Origin: Sphingomonadales bacterium 32-65-25
GTDB taxonomy: Bacteria; Pseudomonadota; Alphaproteobacteria; Sphingomonadales; Sphingomonadaceae
Length of the DNA: 64,000 bases
Direction: 5' to 3'
NCBI GenBank assembly: GCA_002280855.1
Contig: NCEU01000006.1
Coordinates: forward strand, 38,090-102,089
Shown piece by piece: positions 19,142 to 28,803 of the stretch. The position numbers were made by a program, and so were the translations under genes. Every line of letters begins with the position of its first letter. Positions within the stretch are counted from its first letter, which is position 1. Under the pieces are notes generated by a model that was not told where the DNA came from, did no database searches, and saw only the letters and a list, made by a program, of their open reading frames with translations.

Positions 19142-19849
19142 TCAAAACGCCTGTTCATTCTCCCGGCCGATCGGGGGCGGCGACAGCACCGGCCGGGCAA
19201 TCGCCCAGGCCGCGCGCAGGCGCTGCAAGGTGGTCTCGTCAATATGGATCCGCAGCGCGGCGACGGCATTCACGCCCTCTCCGTGCGGCAGGCCCAGTGG
19301 TTCAGCATCCCAGCCGATGGACAGCAGACTCGGCAACCACGGCAGATGTGTGACCATGATATAATATTGAATTCTATTTGCAAGTGCATGTTCTTGCAGG
19401 GCAATTGCCAATTGTCTGCGCACCTGCAGCGCCTCAGCGCGTGTCAGGCCGGGCGCGGTGACCAGACGGGTGATCTCCCACACATCGGGGCCCACCGGGA
19501 CACCATCGGCACACAGATGCGCGAACTTGTCGCCCAGCAGGTGCGCGCCGGTGGAGGGCAACAGCCGCACCGATCCCAGATGGCGGCCGGTTTCGGGTTG
19601 ATGAACGATCAGATAGAGCGTGTCTTCATCATCATATTCGTCCAGCTCGTGCAGACCATCGGGCGATTGCAGATCCCAGCCCAGCCGGTCCATCAGCACG
19701 ATCTTGCGATCCTTCAGCATGGCAGAACGCAGGGCGGCATGGAGCATTCCCCGGCTGGACAAGGCCTCCGCCTCGCCCTGTGCGTCGCGCCACAGGCCGG
19801 GAATGGCCTGAATATCGTGGCTGGTGCCTGTTGTGGCTGTGCCGAACAT
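19142..19849 (-). CDS. LuxI-family acyl-homoserine-lactone synthase homolog
   Basis: DRK.V..DRLGWD, ELDEYDD, SVRLLPS, WEITR, LGLP; SD AGGA before ATG 19849. Confidence 0.85.
   Translation of the reverse strand: MFGTATTGTSHDIQAIPGLWRDAQGEAEALSSRGMLHAALRSAMLKDRKIVLMDRLGWDLQSPDGLHELDEYDDEDTLYLIVHQPETGRHLGSVRLLPSTGAHLLGDKFAHLCADGVPVGPDVWEITRLVTAPGLTRAEALQVRRQLAIALQEHALANRIQYYIMVTHLPWLPSLLSIGWDAEPLGLPHGEGVNAVAALRIHIDETTLQRLRAAWAIARPVLSPPPIGRENEQAF
19356..19383 (-). promoter_or_regulatory. Candidate internal sigma70 promoter inside the luxI homolog
   Basis: TTGCAA-N16-TATCAT on the minus strand within a very AT-rich patch. Confidence 0.35.
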
Positions 19850-19925
19850 CGCCTGCTTCCTGATGGGGTTCGCAAGCGTTGTGGCAATGGTTGACGCGGG
19901 CGCGCCATATCCCTGACAAGGGGCA

Positions 19926-20849
19926 ATGACTCATGGCGGCGAACAGCAATATCTTTCCCTGATGGACCGTGTGTGGCGGACCGGCGCCATGCGCGGCGAC
20001 CGCACCGGCACCGGCACCCGCGCCCTTTTCGGCGAGACGCTGAAATTCGATCTTTCCGATGGCACGGTGCCGCTGCTCACCACCAAGCGCGTCTATTGGA
20101 AATCGGCCATCAAGGAACTGATCTGGTTCCTGAATGGCGAATCGAACATCCGCCCTTTGGTGGCACAGGGCGTGCATATCTGGACGGACTGGCCGCTGGA
20201 TGCCTATCGCAAGGCCACCGGCGAAGCGATCAGCCGCGATGATTTCGAAGCGCGGATCATTGCCGATGATGATTTTGCCGCGAAGTGGGGTGATCTGGGG
20301 CCGGTGTACGGTGTGCAGTGGCGGCGCTGGCCGCGTTATGCCGCCAATGAAGACGGCAGTTTCCGCGCCGACACGCCGTTCGACCAGATGACCGAGCTGG
20401 TCCACGGCCTTAAAGCTAACCCCGCCAGCCGCCGCCACATCTTCACCGGCTGGAACGTGCCCGAACTGCACCGCATGGCACTGCCGCCCTGCCACATGAC
20501 CTATCAATATTTCGTCGCTGATGGCCGTCTATCCGGCATCCTCTATCAGCGCAGTTGCGATCTGGGGCTGGGCTTTCCGTTCAATATCTTTGAAGCTGCC
20601 GTGCTGATCCGCATGCTGGCGCAGCAGTGCGGGCTGGAACCGGGGGTGCTCACCTGGATGGGGGCGGATTGTCACCTCTATTCCAACCACGAGCATCTGG
20701 TGACGGAGCAGCTTTCGCGCACGCCCCGCCCCTTCCCGCGTATGGACTTCGCGCGACAGCCGGAGGATCTGTTCTCCTATCGGCTGGAGGACTTCCTGAT
20801 CACCGGCTACGACCCGCATCCGCACATCGCAGCGCCGGTGGCGGTATGA
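19926..20849 (+). CDS. thyA: Thymidylate synthase
   Basis: DRTGTGT, PLLTTKRV, LGPVYGVQWR, MALPPCH, YQRSCD..LG.PFN, HLYSNH. Confidence 0.98.
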   Translation: MTHGGEQQYLSLMDRVWRTGAMRGDRTGTGTRALFGETLKFDLSDGTVPLLTTKRVYWKSAIKELIWFLNGESNIRPLVAQGVHIWTDWPLDAYRKATGEAISRDDFEARIIADDDFAAKWGDLGPVYGVQWRRWPRYAANEDGSFRADTPFDQMTELVHGLKANPASRRHIFTGWNVPELHRMALPPCHMTYQYFVADGRLSGILYQRSCDLGLGFPFNIFEAAVLIRMLAQQCGLEPGVLTWMGADCHLYSNHEHLVTEQLSRTPRPFPRMDFARQPEDLFSYRLEDFLITGYDPHPHIAAPVAV

Positions 20850-21346
20850 GCCTCGATGTCACCATGGTGGTTGCCCGCGCCCGAAACGGCGTGATCGGCA
20901 ACAAGGGCGCCATGCCCTGGCATCTGCCGGCGGACCTGAAGCGCTTCAAGGCGATCACCGTCGGCAAGCCGGTCGTGATGGGCCGCAAGACATTCGAATC
21001 CATCGGGAAGCCCCTGCCCGGCCGGCAGAATATCGTGCTGACCCGGCAGCCGGGCTGGACGGCGGACGGCGTGACAGTGGTGCCCAACCTGGCCGAAGCC
21101 ATTGCCGCAGCCGGCCTTGATCCGCGCATCCGGGGGCACATCATGATCATCGGCGGGGCAGAGATTTATGCGCTCGCCATGCCGATCGCGACACGGGTGG
21201 AATTGACCGAGGTGGACGCGGAGCCGGAGGGCGATACCTTCCTGCCCGCCTTCGATCCGGCGCGCTGGGAAGAAGTGGCGCGGGTGACGCATGAACCGGA
21301 GGGCGACAAGCCGGGATATGCGTTCATCACGCTGGAACGGCGATAG
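20846..21346 (+). CDS. folA: Dihydrofolate reductase
   Basis: NGVIG..GAMPWHLPADLKRFK, MGRKTFESI, LPGRQN, IGGAEIY. Confidence 0.97.
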   Translation: MSLDVTMVVARARNGVIGNKGAMPWHLPADLKRFKAITVGKPVVMGRKTFESIGKPLPGRQNIVLTRQPGWTADGVTVVPNLAEAIAAAGLDPRIRGHIMIIGGAEIYALAMPIATRVELTEVDAEPEGDTFLPAFDPARWEEVARVTHEPEGDKPGYAFITLERR

Positions 21347-21355
21347 GGGGAACCA

Positions 21356-22519
21356 ATGAAGAAGCTGGTGTGGGGAACGGCCGCGCTGTTGGGCGTGGCG
21401 GCGGTGGGCTTGTTCGGCTTCGCCCCCGGCATTGCCGAGCGCGGCATGAACAAGCAGACGGGCGCGACGTGGCCGGTGAGCGCCGAGGCCCAGGCGCTGC
21501 ACAAGACGCTGACCGTGATCGATCTGCACAGCGATACGCTGATGTGGAAACGCGATCTGCTTTCCGAAACCAGTGATGGCCATGTCGATCTGAAGAGGCT
21601 GGAGACCGGCAATGTCGCATTGCAGGTATTTTCCAGTGTCACCAAGACGCCGCGTGGGCAGAATTACGAGAAAAATTCGGGCGAAACCGACAATATCACC
21701 CCGCTGGTGATCGCGCAGATGCAGCCCGTCCGCACGTGGGGCAGCCTGCTGGAACGCTCGCTCTGGCACGCCGAAAAGCTGCACGACGTGGAGAAACGCG
21801 CCGATGGCCGGCTGCGGGTCGTCAAGACGCCGACTGATCTGGCCAGCCTGCTGGCGGACCGTGCGGCGGGCAAGCGCGTGACCGGCGCGCTGCTTTCCAC
21901 CGAAGGCGGGCAGAATCTGGAAGGCAGCCTGGCCAATGTGAAGCGACTGCACGACGCGGGTTTCCGCATGCTGGGGCTGGCGCATTTTTTCGATACTGAA
22001 CTGGCCGGTTCAATGGCGGGGGAGAAGAAGGGCGGGCTCACCGCGCTGGGCGCCGACGTGGTGCGTGAGGCCGAGAAGCGCGGGATGATCATCGATGTCG
22101 CGCACAGCAGCCCGGCCGCCTTTGCCGACGTGCTGAAGATCGCCACCCGGCCGGTCGTCGTGAGCCATGGCGGCGTGAAAGGCACCTGCGACACGCCGCG
22201 CAATCTTTCCGACGATCAGTTGCGGGCGCTGGCCGCCAATGGCGGCGTGGTGGGCATCGGCTATTGGGATGCCGCCATCTGCCAGCCGACACCGGAAGCC
22301 ACCGCCAAGGCGATCCTGCACGCGGTGAAGGTGGCCGGCATCGATCATGTCGGGCTGGGCAGCGATTATGATGGCGCCACCACGGTGGGGTTCGATACCG
22401 CGCACCTCGATGTCGTCACTCAGGCCCTGATGCAGGCGGGCATGAACGAGGCCGACATCGCCAAGGTGATGGGCGGCAATACGGCACGGCTGCTTGCCGC
22501 CGGGCTGGCTCCCCGCTAA
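21356..22519 (+). CDS. Membrane dipeptidase (M19 family)
   Basis: IDLHSD, STEGG, LAHF, DVAHSS, SHGG, GLGSDYDG; N-terminal anchor. Confidence 0.9.
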   Translation: MKKLVWGTAALLGVAAVGLFGFAPGIAERGMNKQTGATWPVSAEAQALHKTLTVIDLHSDTLMWKRDLLSETSDGHVDLKRLETGNVALQVFSSVTKTPRGQNYEKNSGETDNITPLVIAQMQPVRTWGSLLERSLWHAEKLHDVEKRADGRLRVVKTPTDLASLLADRAAGKRVTGALLSTEGGQNLEGSLANVKRLHDAGFRMLGLAHFFDTELAGSMAGEKKGGLTALGADVVREAEKRGMIIDVAHSSPAAFADVLKIATRPVVVSHGGVKGTCDTPRNLSDDQLRALAANGGVVGIGYWDAAICQPTPEATAKAILHAVKVAGIDHVGLGSDYDGATTVGFDTAHLDVVTQALMQAGMNEADIAKVMGGNTARLLAAGLAPR

Positions 22520-22544
22520 GCCGCCTGCCCATGGAGCTGATCGC

Positions 22545-23474
22545 GTGGACCTGATTTCTGGGGGCGCCGCCCTGCCTGGCCATTTGCGTGGCGGCATCGT
22601 GGCGCTGGGCAATTTCGATGGATTTCACGCCGGGCACCAGGCTGTGGTGGGCGCCGCGCGTGATTGGGCACGCAAGCTCGGCCGGCCGGCGCTGGTGGCG
22701 AGCTTCGATCCGCACCCGGCGCGGCTGTTCCAGCCCGATGTGCCGCCCTTCTCGCTTTCCACCATCAGCCAGCGCGGCGAATGGCTGGGCCAGTTCGGCA
22801 TGGATGGCGCGGTGGTGATGCCGTTCAATCGGGCGCTGGCGGCGCTTTCGGCCGAGGAATTCGTCGACGAATGGCTGGTCACGCGGCTGGGCGTGGCTGG
22901 CGTGGTGACCGGCGGCGATTTCACCTTCGGGCGCGGGCGCAGCGGCAACGTGACCGATCTGGAGCGGCTGGGGCTGGCGCATGGCTTTGCGGCGCGGGTG
23001 GTCGATGCGGTGCAGGATGGTACCGGCACGATCAGTTCCACCCGCGTGCGCGCCCTGCTGCGCGATGCGCGGCCAGGGATGGCCGCGGAACTGCTCACCC
23101 GGCCGTTCACCATTCGCGGCACAGTCGAGCATGGCGCCAAGCTGGGGCGGACGCTGGGTTTCCCCACCGCCAACATGACATTGGGCGATTATGTGCGGCC
23201 GGCTTACGGGGTGTATGCCGTGCAGGTCGTGCTGCCCTCGGGCGAGCGTGTGGATGGCGTGGCGAACCTGGGCATCCGGCCGATGATCGATCCCCCAGTT
23301 GAACTGCTCGAAACCTGGCTGATGGATTGGTCCGGCGATCTCTATGGCCAGACGCTGGATGTGCAGCTGGTCGCCTATCTGCGGCCGGAAATGAAACTGA
23401 ATGGCCTTGATGCATTGAAGGCGCAGATTGCGGCCGATGCGACGGCGGCACGGCGCATGCTCAAGGGTGGGTGA
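22545..23474 (+). CDS. ribF: Bifunctional riboflavin kinase / FAD synthetase
   Basis: GNFDGFHAGHQ, ISST.VR, GRTLGFPTAN, E..L.DWSGDLYG; GTG start with GGAG SD. Confidence 0.96.
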   Translation: MDLISGGAALPGHLRGGIVALGNFDGFHAGHQAVVGAARDWARKLGRPALVASFDPHPARLFQPDVPPFSLSTISQRGEWLGQFGMDGAVVMPFNRALAALSAEEFVDEWLVTRLGVAGVVTGGDFTFGRGRSGNVTDLERLGLAHGFAARVVDAVQDGTGTISSTRVRALLRDARPGMAAELLTRPFTIRGTVEHGAKLGRTLGFPTANMTLGDYVRPAYGVYAVQVVLPSGERVDGVANLGIRPMIDPPVELLETWLMDWSGDLYGQTLDVQLVAYLRPEMKLNGLDALKAQIAADATAARRMLKGG

Positions 23475-23507
23475 CAGGCACGCGCCCTTCCCCTAAAGCC
23501 CACCCTC

Positions 23508-26357
23508 ATGAGCGCGCCCGATTATCGCCCCACCGTTTTCCTGCCGAAAACCGACTTTCCAATGAAAGCTGGCTTGCCGGAGCGTGAGCCGCAGATTCTC
23601 AGCGTATGGCAAGCGGCCGATCTTTACACCCAGTTGCGTGAAGCCCGCGCCGGACGGCCGAAGTTCATCTTCCACGATGGCCCGCCCTATGCCAACGGCG
23701 ACATGCACATCGGCCACGCGCTGAACCATATCCTGAAGGATGCGGTGGTGCGCACGCAGACGCTGCTGGGCAAGGATGCGCCCTACATCCCCGGTTGGGA
23801 TTGCCACGGCCTGCCGATCGAATGGAAGGTGGAAGAAGCCTACCGCGCCAAGAAGCAGAACAAGGACGACGTGCCGGCGGTGGAATTCCGCGCCGAATGC
23901 CGCGCCTATGCCCAGCATTGGGTGAACGTGCAGCGTGAACAGCTGAAACGGTTGGGCATCAGCGCGAATTGGGAAAAACCCTATCTCACCATGGACTTCC
24001 AGGCGGAAGCCACCATCGTTTCCGAACTGCTGAAGTTTGCGCAGAGCGGCCAGCTGTATCGCGGCGCCAAGCCGGTGATGTGGTCGCCGGTGGAAAAGAC
24101 CGCGCTGGCTGATGCCGAAGTGGAATATCACGACATCACCTCGACCCAGATCGATGTGGCGTTCGAGATCATGGAAGCCCCGAACGCGCCGGAACTGGTG
24201 GGGGCGCATGCCGTCATCTGGACGACGACGCCGTGGACCATCCCGGTGAACCAGGGCATCGCGTATGGGCCGGAGGTGGGATATGTCGAATGCCAACTTC
24301 TCCTTGCCGACCGGCTTATTGCTCAAGACGAACGCGAGTCTATTTGGGAACAAATCGCTTGGACCGAGGCTGGACGGTATTTGGTTGCGGACAATCACCT
24401 CCGCGCTGATCTTGAAAAGCGTGTAACAGACCTGCTTGGCGTTACGGCATTTCTACGTCCAGATGGCGAATATAGCGGAAGAGATCTAGCCGGCGCGAAG
24501 GTCCGCCACCCCATGCACCATCTCGGCGGGTTCTTCGCAACCCCCCGCCCCTTGCTGCCCGGCGATTTCGTCACCACCGATCAGGGCACTGGCCTCGTCC
24601 ACATGGCGCCGGATCATGGTGAGGATGATTTCGCGCTGTGCAAGGCGCATGGGATCAATCCCGTCTTTGCCGTGGAAGGCGATGGCCGTTACCGCGCCGA
24701 TTGGCTGTGGCTGGGCGGCGAGTCCAAAAACGTCATCAACCCCAATCTCAATGCGCCGGATGGGCCGATCTGCACCGATCTGCGCGGCGCGGGCGGGTTG
24801 CTGAGCGCCGGGCCGTTTGCGCACAGCTATCCGCACTCGTGGCGGTCGAAGAAGAAGGTGATCTTCCGCTGCACGCCGCAATGGTTCGTGCCGATGGATC
24901 AAGGTGAGCACACGCTGCGCCAGAAGGCCGTTGCCGCCATCGCCGCCACCCAGTTCACGCCGGACAAGGGACGCAACCGCATCGGCGCGATGGTGGAAGG
25001 CCGGCCGGATTGGGTCCTCAGCCGCCAGCGGGCCTGGGGTGTGCCGATCACCTTGTTTGTTGATCGCAAGACTGGCGACTATCTTGTTGATAAGACAATC
25101 AACGACAAGATTATCGCGCGGTTCCGCGAACAGGGCGTGGACGCCTGGACGCCGGAGTTCGCCGCCGAGTTGCTCGGCGACAAGGCCGATCACTACGAAC
25201 AGGTCACCGACATTCTGGACGTGTGGTTCGACAGCGGCTGCACCCATGCCTTCGTGCTGGAATCGGGCCGCTGGCCGGAAATGCAGTGGCCGGCGGATCT
25301 GTATCTGGAAGGCAGCGATCAACATCGCGGTTGGTTCCAATCCAGCCTGCTGGAAAGCTGCGGCACCCGCGGCCGCGCTCCTTACAACGCCATCCTCACC
25401 CACGGCTTCACCATGGATGCCAGTGGCCGCAAGATGTCGAAGTCGGAAGGCAATACGGTCAATCCGCTCGACGTGATGAAGACCTATGGCGCCGATATAT
25501 TGCGGCTGTGGGCGCTGTCGGTCGATTTCACCGAAGATCACCGCATCGGCGATGAAATCCTGAAGGGCGTGGCCGATCAGTATCGCAAATTGCGCAATAC
25601 CTTCCGTTATTTGCTTGGCGCTCTTGAGGGCTGGAGCGAGGAAGAGCGCCTGCCGGTCGATCAGATGCCGGCACTGGAGCGCTGGGTGATGCACCGGCTG
25701 TCGGTAATTTCCGGCGAGCTCAAGGCGGCGGCCGTGGCCTATGACTTCAATCGCTACACCAGCCTGATCACCGAGTTCGTGCAGAATGATCTGTCCGCCT
25801 TTGCGATGGATGTCCGCAAGGACAGTCTCTATTGCGACGCGCCCACCGCGCCGGCCCGCCGCGCCTGGCGCACGGTTCTGGATCTCACCTTCCACGCCCT
25901 CACCCGCTGGCTGGCGCCGGTGATGGTATTCACCGCCGAAGAAGTGTGGGGTACGCGATATCCGGATGCTGGCAGTGTGCATCTACTGGAATGGCCGGAA
26001 ATTGATGCCGGCTGGCAGGATGCGGCGCTGGACAAGCAGTTCACTTTGGCGCGCAAGTTGCGCGAGGAAGTCTATCTGAAACTGGAAGAATTGCGCCGCG
26101 CCAAGACGGTGGGCAGCTTCCTGGAAGCCAGAGTGACGATCACCACCACTCATGAAGACCGGATCGCAGCACTGGCCGGGCTTGATCTGGCTGAACTGCT
26201 GCTGGTCGCCAATGTGTCATTGACCCATGGCGACAACGAAACGCTGACCGTTGAAAAGGCCGATCTGGCCAAGTGCGCCCGCTGCTGGCGCCACCTGCCC
26301 GATGTGAATGCCGAAACCGAGCTGTGCGGGCGTTGCGACGCGGTCGTTCATGGCTAA
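23508..26357 (+). CDS. ileS: Isoleucine--tRNA ligase (type 1)
   Basis: HDGPPYANG, HIGH, WTTTPWT, GTGLVH.AP.HG, WVLSRQR.WG, KMSKS, C-terminal CxxC...CxxC. Confidence 0.99.
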   Translation: MSAPDYRPTVFLPKTDFPMKAGLPEREPQILSVWQAADLYTQLREARAGRPKFIFHDGPPYANGDMHIGHALNHILKDAVVRTQTLLGKDAPYIPGWDCHGLPIEWKVEEAYRAKKQNKDDVPAVEFRAECRAYAQHWVNVQREQLKRLGISANWEKPYLTMDFQAEATIVSELLKFAQSGQLYRGAKPVMWSPVEKTALADAEVEYHDITSTQIDVAFEIMEAPNAPELVGAHAVIWTTTPWTIPVNQGIAYGPEVGYVECQLLLADRLIAQDERESIWEQIAWTEAGRYLVADNHLRADLEKRVTDLLGVTAFLRPDGEYSGRDLAGAKVRHPMHHLGGFFATPRPLLPGDFVTTDQGTGLVHMAPDHGEDDFALCKAHGINPVFAVEGDGRYRADWLWLGGESKNVINPNLNAPDGPICTDLRGAGGLLSAGPFAHSYPHSWRSKKKVIFRCTPQWFVPMDQGEHTLRQKAVAAIAATQFTPDKGRNRIGAMVEGRPDWVLSRQRAWGVPITLFVDRKTGDYLVDKTINDKIIARFREQGVDAWTPEFAAELLGDKADHYEQVTDILDVWFDSGCTHAFVLESGRWPEMQWPADLYLEGSDQHRGWFQSSLLESCGTRGRAPYNAILTHGFTMDASGRKMSKSEGNTVNPLDVMKTYGADILRLWALSVDFTEDHRIGDEILKGVADQYRKLRNTFRYLLGALEGWSEEERLPVDQMPALERWVMHRLSVISGELKAAAVAYDFNRYTSLITEFVQNDLSAFAMDVRKDSLYCDAPTAPARRAWRTVLDLTFHALTRWLAPVMVFTAEEVWGTRYPDAGSVHLLEWPEIDAGWQDAALDKQFTLARKLREEVYLKLEELRRAKTVGSFLEARVTITTTHEDRIAALAGLDLAELLLVANVSLTHGDNETLTVEKADLAKCARCWRHLPDVNAETELCGRCDAVVHG

Positions 26358-26853
26358 ACGTGGTTTTCTCCTTGCGGCGTTGGTGCTGATCCTGGATCAG
26401 ATCAGCAAATATTGGGTGCTGGAAATCATCCATCTGCCCGAACGCGGCGGCATTGATGTGTGGCCGTTCTTCCGCCTGACGTTTGTGGGCAATATCGGCG
26501 TGTCGATGGGCATGTTGCAGGCCGATTCCGATCTGGGCCGCTGGCTGCTCACCTTCATCACGGCCGGTATCGCGCTGGCGGTGGCGCTGTGGCTGCGGCG
26601 GGAGAAGAACCCGGTGGATGTGGCAGCGCTGGGCCTGGTACTGGGCGGCGCCATCGGCAACATCCTCGATCGGGTGCGGTTCGGTTATGTTGTCGATTTC
26701 CTGCATTTCTTCTGGGGGCAAACCAGCTTCTGGGTCTTCAATCTTGCCGATGCCGCGATTACACTGGGTGTGATATTGCTGTTGGCGCGTGCCGTGCTGG
26801 CCAAGCCAGAGCCTGAAGCTGCTGTTAATTCAAGGGATGCCAAAGATGCGTAA
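26350..26853 (+). CDS. lspA: Lipoprotein signal peptidase II
   Basis: DQISK, N.GVSMG, GGAIGN..DRVRFG.VVDF, FNLAD. Confidence 0.97.
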   Translation: MAKRGFLLAALVLILDQISKYWVLEIIHLPERGGIDVWPFFRLTFVGNIGVSMGMLQADSDLGRWLLTFITAGIALAVALWLRREKNPVDVAALGLVLGGAIGNILDRVRFGYVVDFLHFFWGQTSFWVFNLADAAITLGVILLLARAVLAKPEPEAAVNSRDAKDA

Positions 26854-27271
26854 CCTGCTGATCCTGACCGTGGCCGCCCTGGCGCTGACAGCTTGTGGCG
26901 GCAAGAAGGACCGGCTTTCCGGCCGTGGCCCCGATGAGCTGGCCATCGCCCGCGGCGCGCCACTGGTTGTGCCGCCCGATTTTTCGCTGGCGCCGCCTAA
27001 GCCCGGCGCGCCGCGCGCCATGGGCGTCGATTCGCAGGCTGCCGCCATGGAAGCGCTGTTCGGCCCCGGCGTTAAGCCGCCGCCGAAGAGCGCCGCCGAA
27101 CAGCAGTTGCTGGATCGCGCCGGCGCCAACACGCCTGATCCCGCCGTGCGCAGCCAGGCCGGCGATCCGCGCACCAGCACGGTGAACAAGGGCGTCTTCC
27201 TGCAGGAAGTGCTCGCGGCGCCCGTGGGCGTGCGCGACAGCAAGGTGGCTGATCTCACCGTACCGAGCTGA
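26846..27271 (+). CDS. DUF3035 family lipoprotein
   Basis: Lipobox LTAC, PDELAI...PLVVPPDFSL.PP.PG.PR. Confidence 0.85.
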   Translation: MRNLLILTVAALALTACGGKKDRLSGRGPDELAIARGAPLVVPPDFSLAPPKPGAPRAMGVDSQAAAMEALFGPGVKPPPKSAAEQQLLDRAGANTPDPAVRSQAGDPRTSTVNKGVFLQEVLAAPVGVRDSKVADLTVPS

Positions 27272-27346
27272 AAGCGCGCAAACCGCTTGTGGATCGTCCG
27301 GCTGCACCGCTTGATTTCCAGCCTGCTTTGACGTGATGTGCCGGAC

Positions 27347-27724
27347 ATGACGATGCGGGAAGCAACAGGTGGCTGCCATTGCGGCAAGGTGCATTTTCGG
27401 GTGCGTTTTCCAGACCCCCCGGAACTGCTCGACTGCAATTGCTCGATCTGCACCAAAAGCGGGTTTCTGCACCTGATTGTCGCCAAGGCAGAGTTCACGC
27501 TGGAGCGCGGCGCAGACGCACTGACCGATTATCGCTGGGGCAGCGGCACGGCGCGACACCTGTTTTGCAGTTCGTGTGGGATCAAGAGCTTCTATGTGCC
27601 CCGCTCTCACCCGGATGGTTTTTCGGTTAACTGGCGGGCACTGGACGACGTGGACGATGTGGTTCCGCGCGTGCGTTTCTATGACGGGCGCAATTGGGAG
27701 AAAGCGCGGGCCGATCTGGGTTAG
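27347..27724 (+). CDS. GFA / CENP-V family zinc protein
   Basis: GGCHCG.V, CNCSIC, H.FC..CGI. Confidence 0.92.
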   Translation: MTMREATGGCHCGKVHFRVRFPDPPELLDCNCSICTKSGFLHLIVAKAEFTLERGADALTDYRWGSGTARHLFCSSCGIKSFYVPRSHPDGFSVNWRALDDVDDVVPRVRFYDGRNWEKARADLG

Positions 27725-28803
27725 CGCCCGGCCTGCCCCCCCGTTTGACCTCTGTGCAGCAGCATCGCATCGGCGAGCACCAAAGCCACCATGGCTTCCA
27801 GCACTGGCGCGGCGCGAATGCCGACGCACGGATCGTGGCGGCCCTTGGTGACGATTTCAGCGGCCTGGCCGTCCTTGGTGATGGTTTCCACAGGCGTCAG
27901 GATCGAACTGGTCGGCTTCAGCGCCATGCGCACCACGATGGGCTGGCCGGTGGAGATGCCGCCGGCAATGCCGCCAGCGTGGTTGGAAAGGAATTCGGGG
28001 CCGTCTTCACCGGGGCGCATGCGATCGGCATTTTCTTCACCGCGCAGGCGGGCAGCGGCGAAACCATCGCCGATTTCGACGGCCTTTACCGCGTTGATGC
28101 TCATGGCGGCGTTGGCCAGTTGCGCGTCGAGTTTGTGATAGAGCGGGCTGCCCCAGCCGGCCGGCACGCCGGTGGCGACGCATTCGACGATAGCGCCCAG
28201 TGAGGAGCCTGACTTACGCGCCGCGTCGAGATGCTCTTCCCAGATCGCAGCGGTCACTGCGTCCGGGCACCAGAAGGGATTGCGCTCGATCTCGGCGAAA
28301 TCGAAGCGGCTGCGATCAATCGCGATGCCACCGATTTCAACAAGATAGGCGGAAATATTGACCCCCGCTATGACCTTCCGCGCCACTGCACCGGCGGCCA
28401 CGCGGCTTGCGGTTTCCCGCGCCGACGAGCGCCCGCCACCGCGCGGATCGCGCAGGCCGTATTTGGCATCATAGGCATAATCGGCGTGGCCGGGCCGGTA
28501 TTTGGCAGCGACGTCGCTGTAATCCTTCGAACGTTGATCGACATTCTCGATCATCAGGCTGATCGGCGTGCCGGTGGTCTGTCCTTCATACACGCCCGAC
28601 AGGATGCGGACTTCATCCGGCTCCTGCCGCTGGGTGGTGAATTTCGATTGGCCGGGCCGGCGCTTGTCGAGGAAGGGCTGGATATCGGCTTCGGACAGGA
28701 TGAGCCCCGGAGGGCAGCCATCGACCACCGCGCCGATCGCCGGGCCGTGGCTTTCGCCCCAGGTGGTGAAACGCAGCAGGTGGCCGAAGGTGTTGAGGCT
28801 CAT
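27721..28803 (-). CDS. aroC: Chorismate synthase
   Basis: [42 protein letters not shown]. Confidence 0.98.
   Translation of the reverse strand: MSLNTFGHLLRFTTWGESHGPAIGAVVDGCPPGLILSEADIQPFLDKRRPGQSKFTTQRQEPDEVRILSGVYEGQTTGTPISLMIENVDQRSKDYSDVAAKYRPGHADYAYDAKYGLRDPRGGGRSSARETASRVAAGAVARKVIAGVNISAYLVEIGGIAIDRSRFDFAEIERNPFWCPDAVTAAIWEEHLDAARKSGSSLGAIVECVATGVPAGWGSPLYHKLDAQLANAAMSINAVKAVEIGDGFAAARLRGEENADRMRPGEDGPEFLSNHAGGIAGGISTGQPIVVRMALKPTSSILTPVETITKDGQAAEIVTKGRHDPCVGIRAAPVLEAMVALVLADAMLLHRGQTGGQAGR

Noticed and set aside
19897-19907. CGGGCGCGCCA identical to the tRNA-Arg 3' end, a possible att site
   Set aside because: Only 11 GC-rich nt, in inverted orientation relative to the tRNA, with housekeeping genes in between and no integrase.
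24279-24490. Intein or mobile intron in ileS
   Set aside because: Only about 70 codons, no terminal His-Asn-Cys/Ser/Thr, no endonuclease, and total protein length is near normal. Kept as a variable cassette instead.
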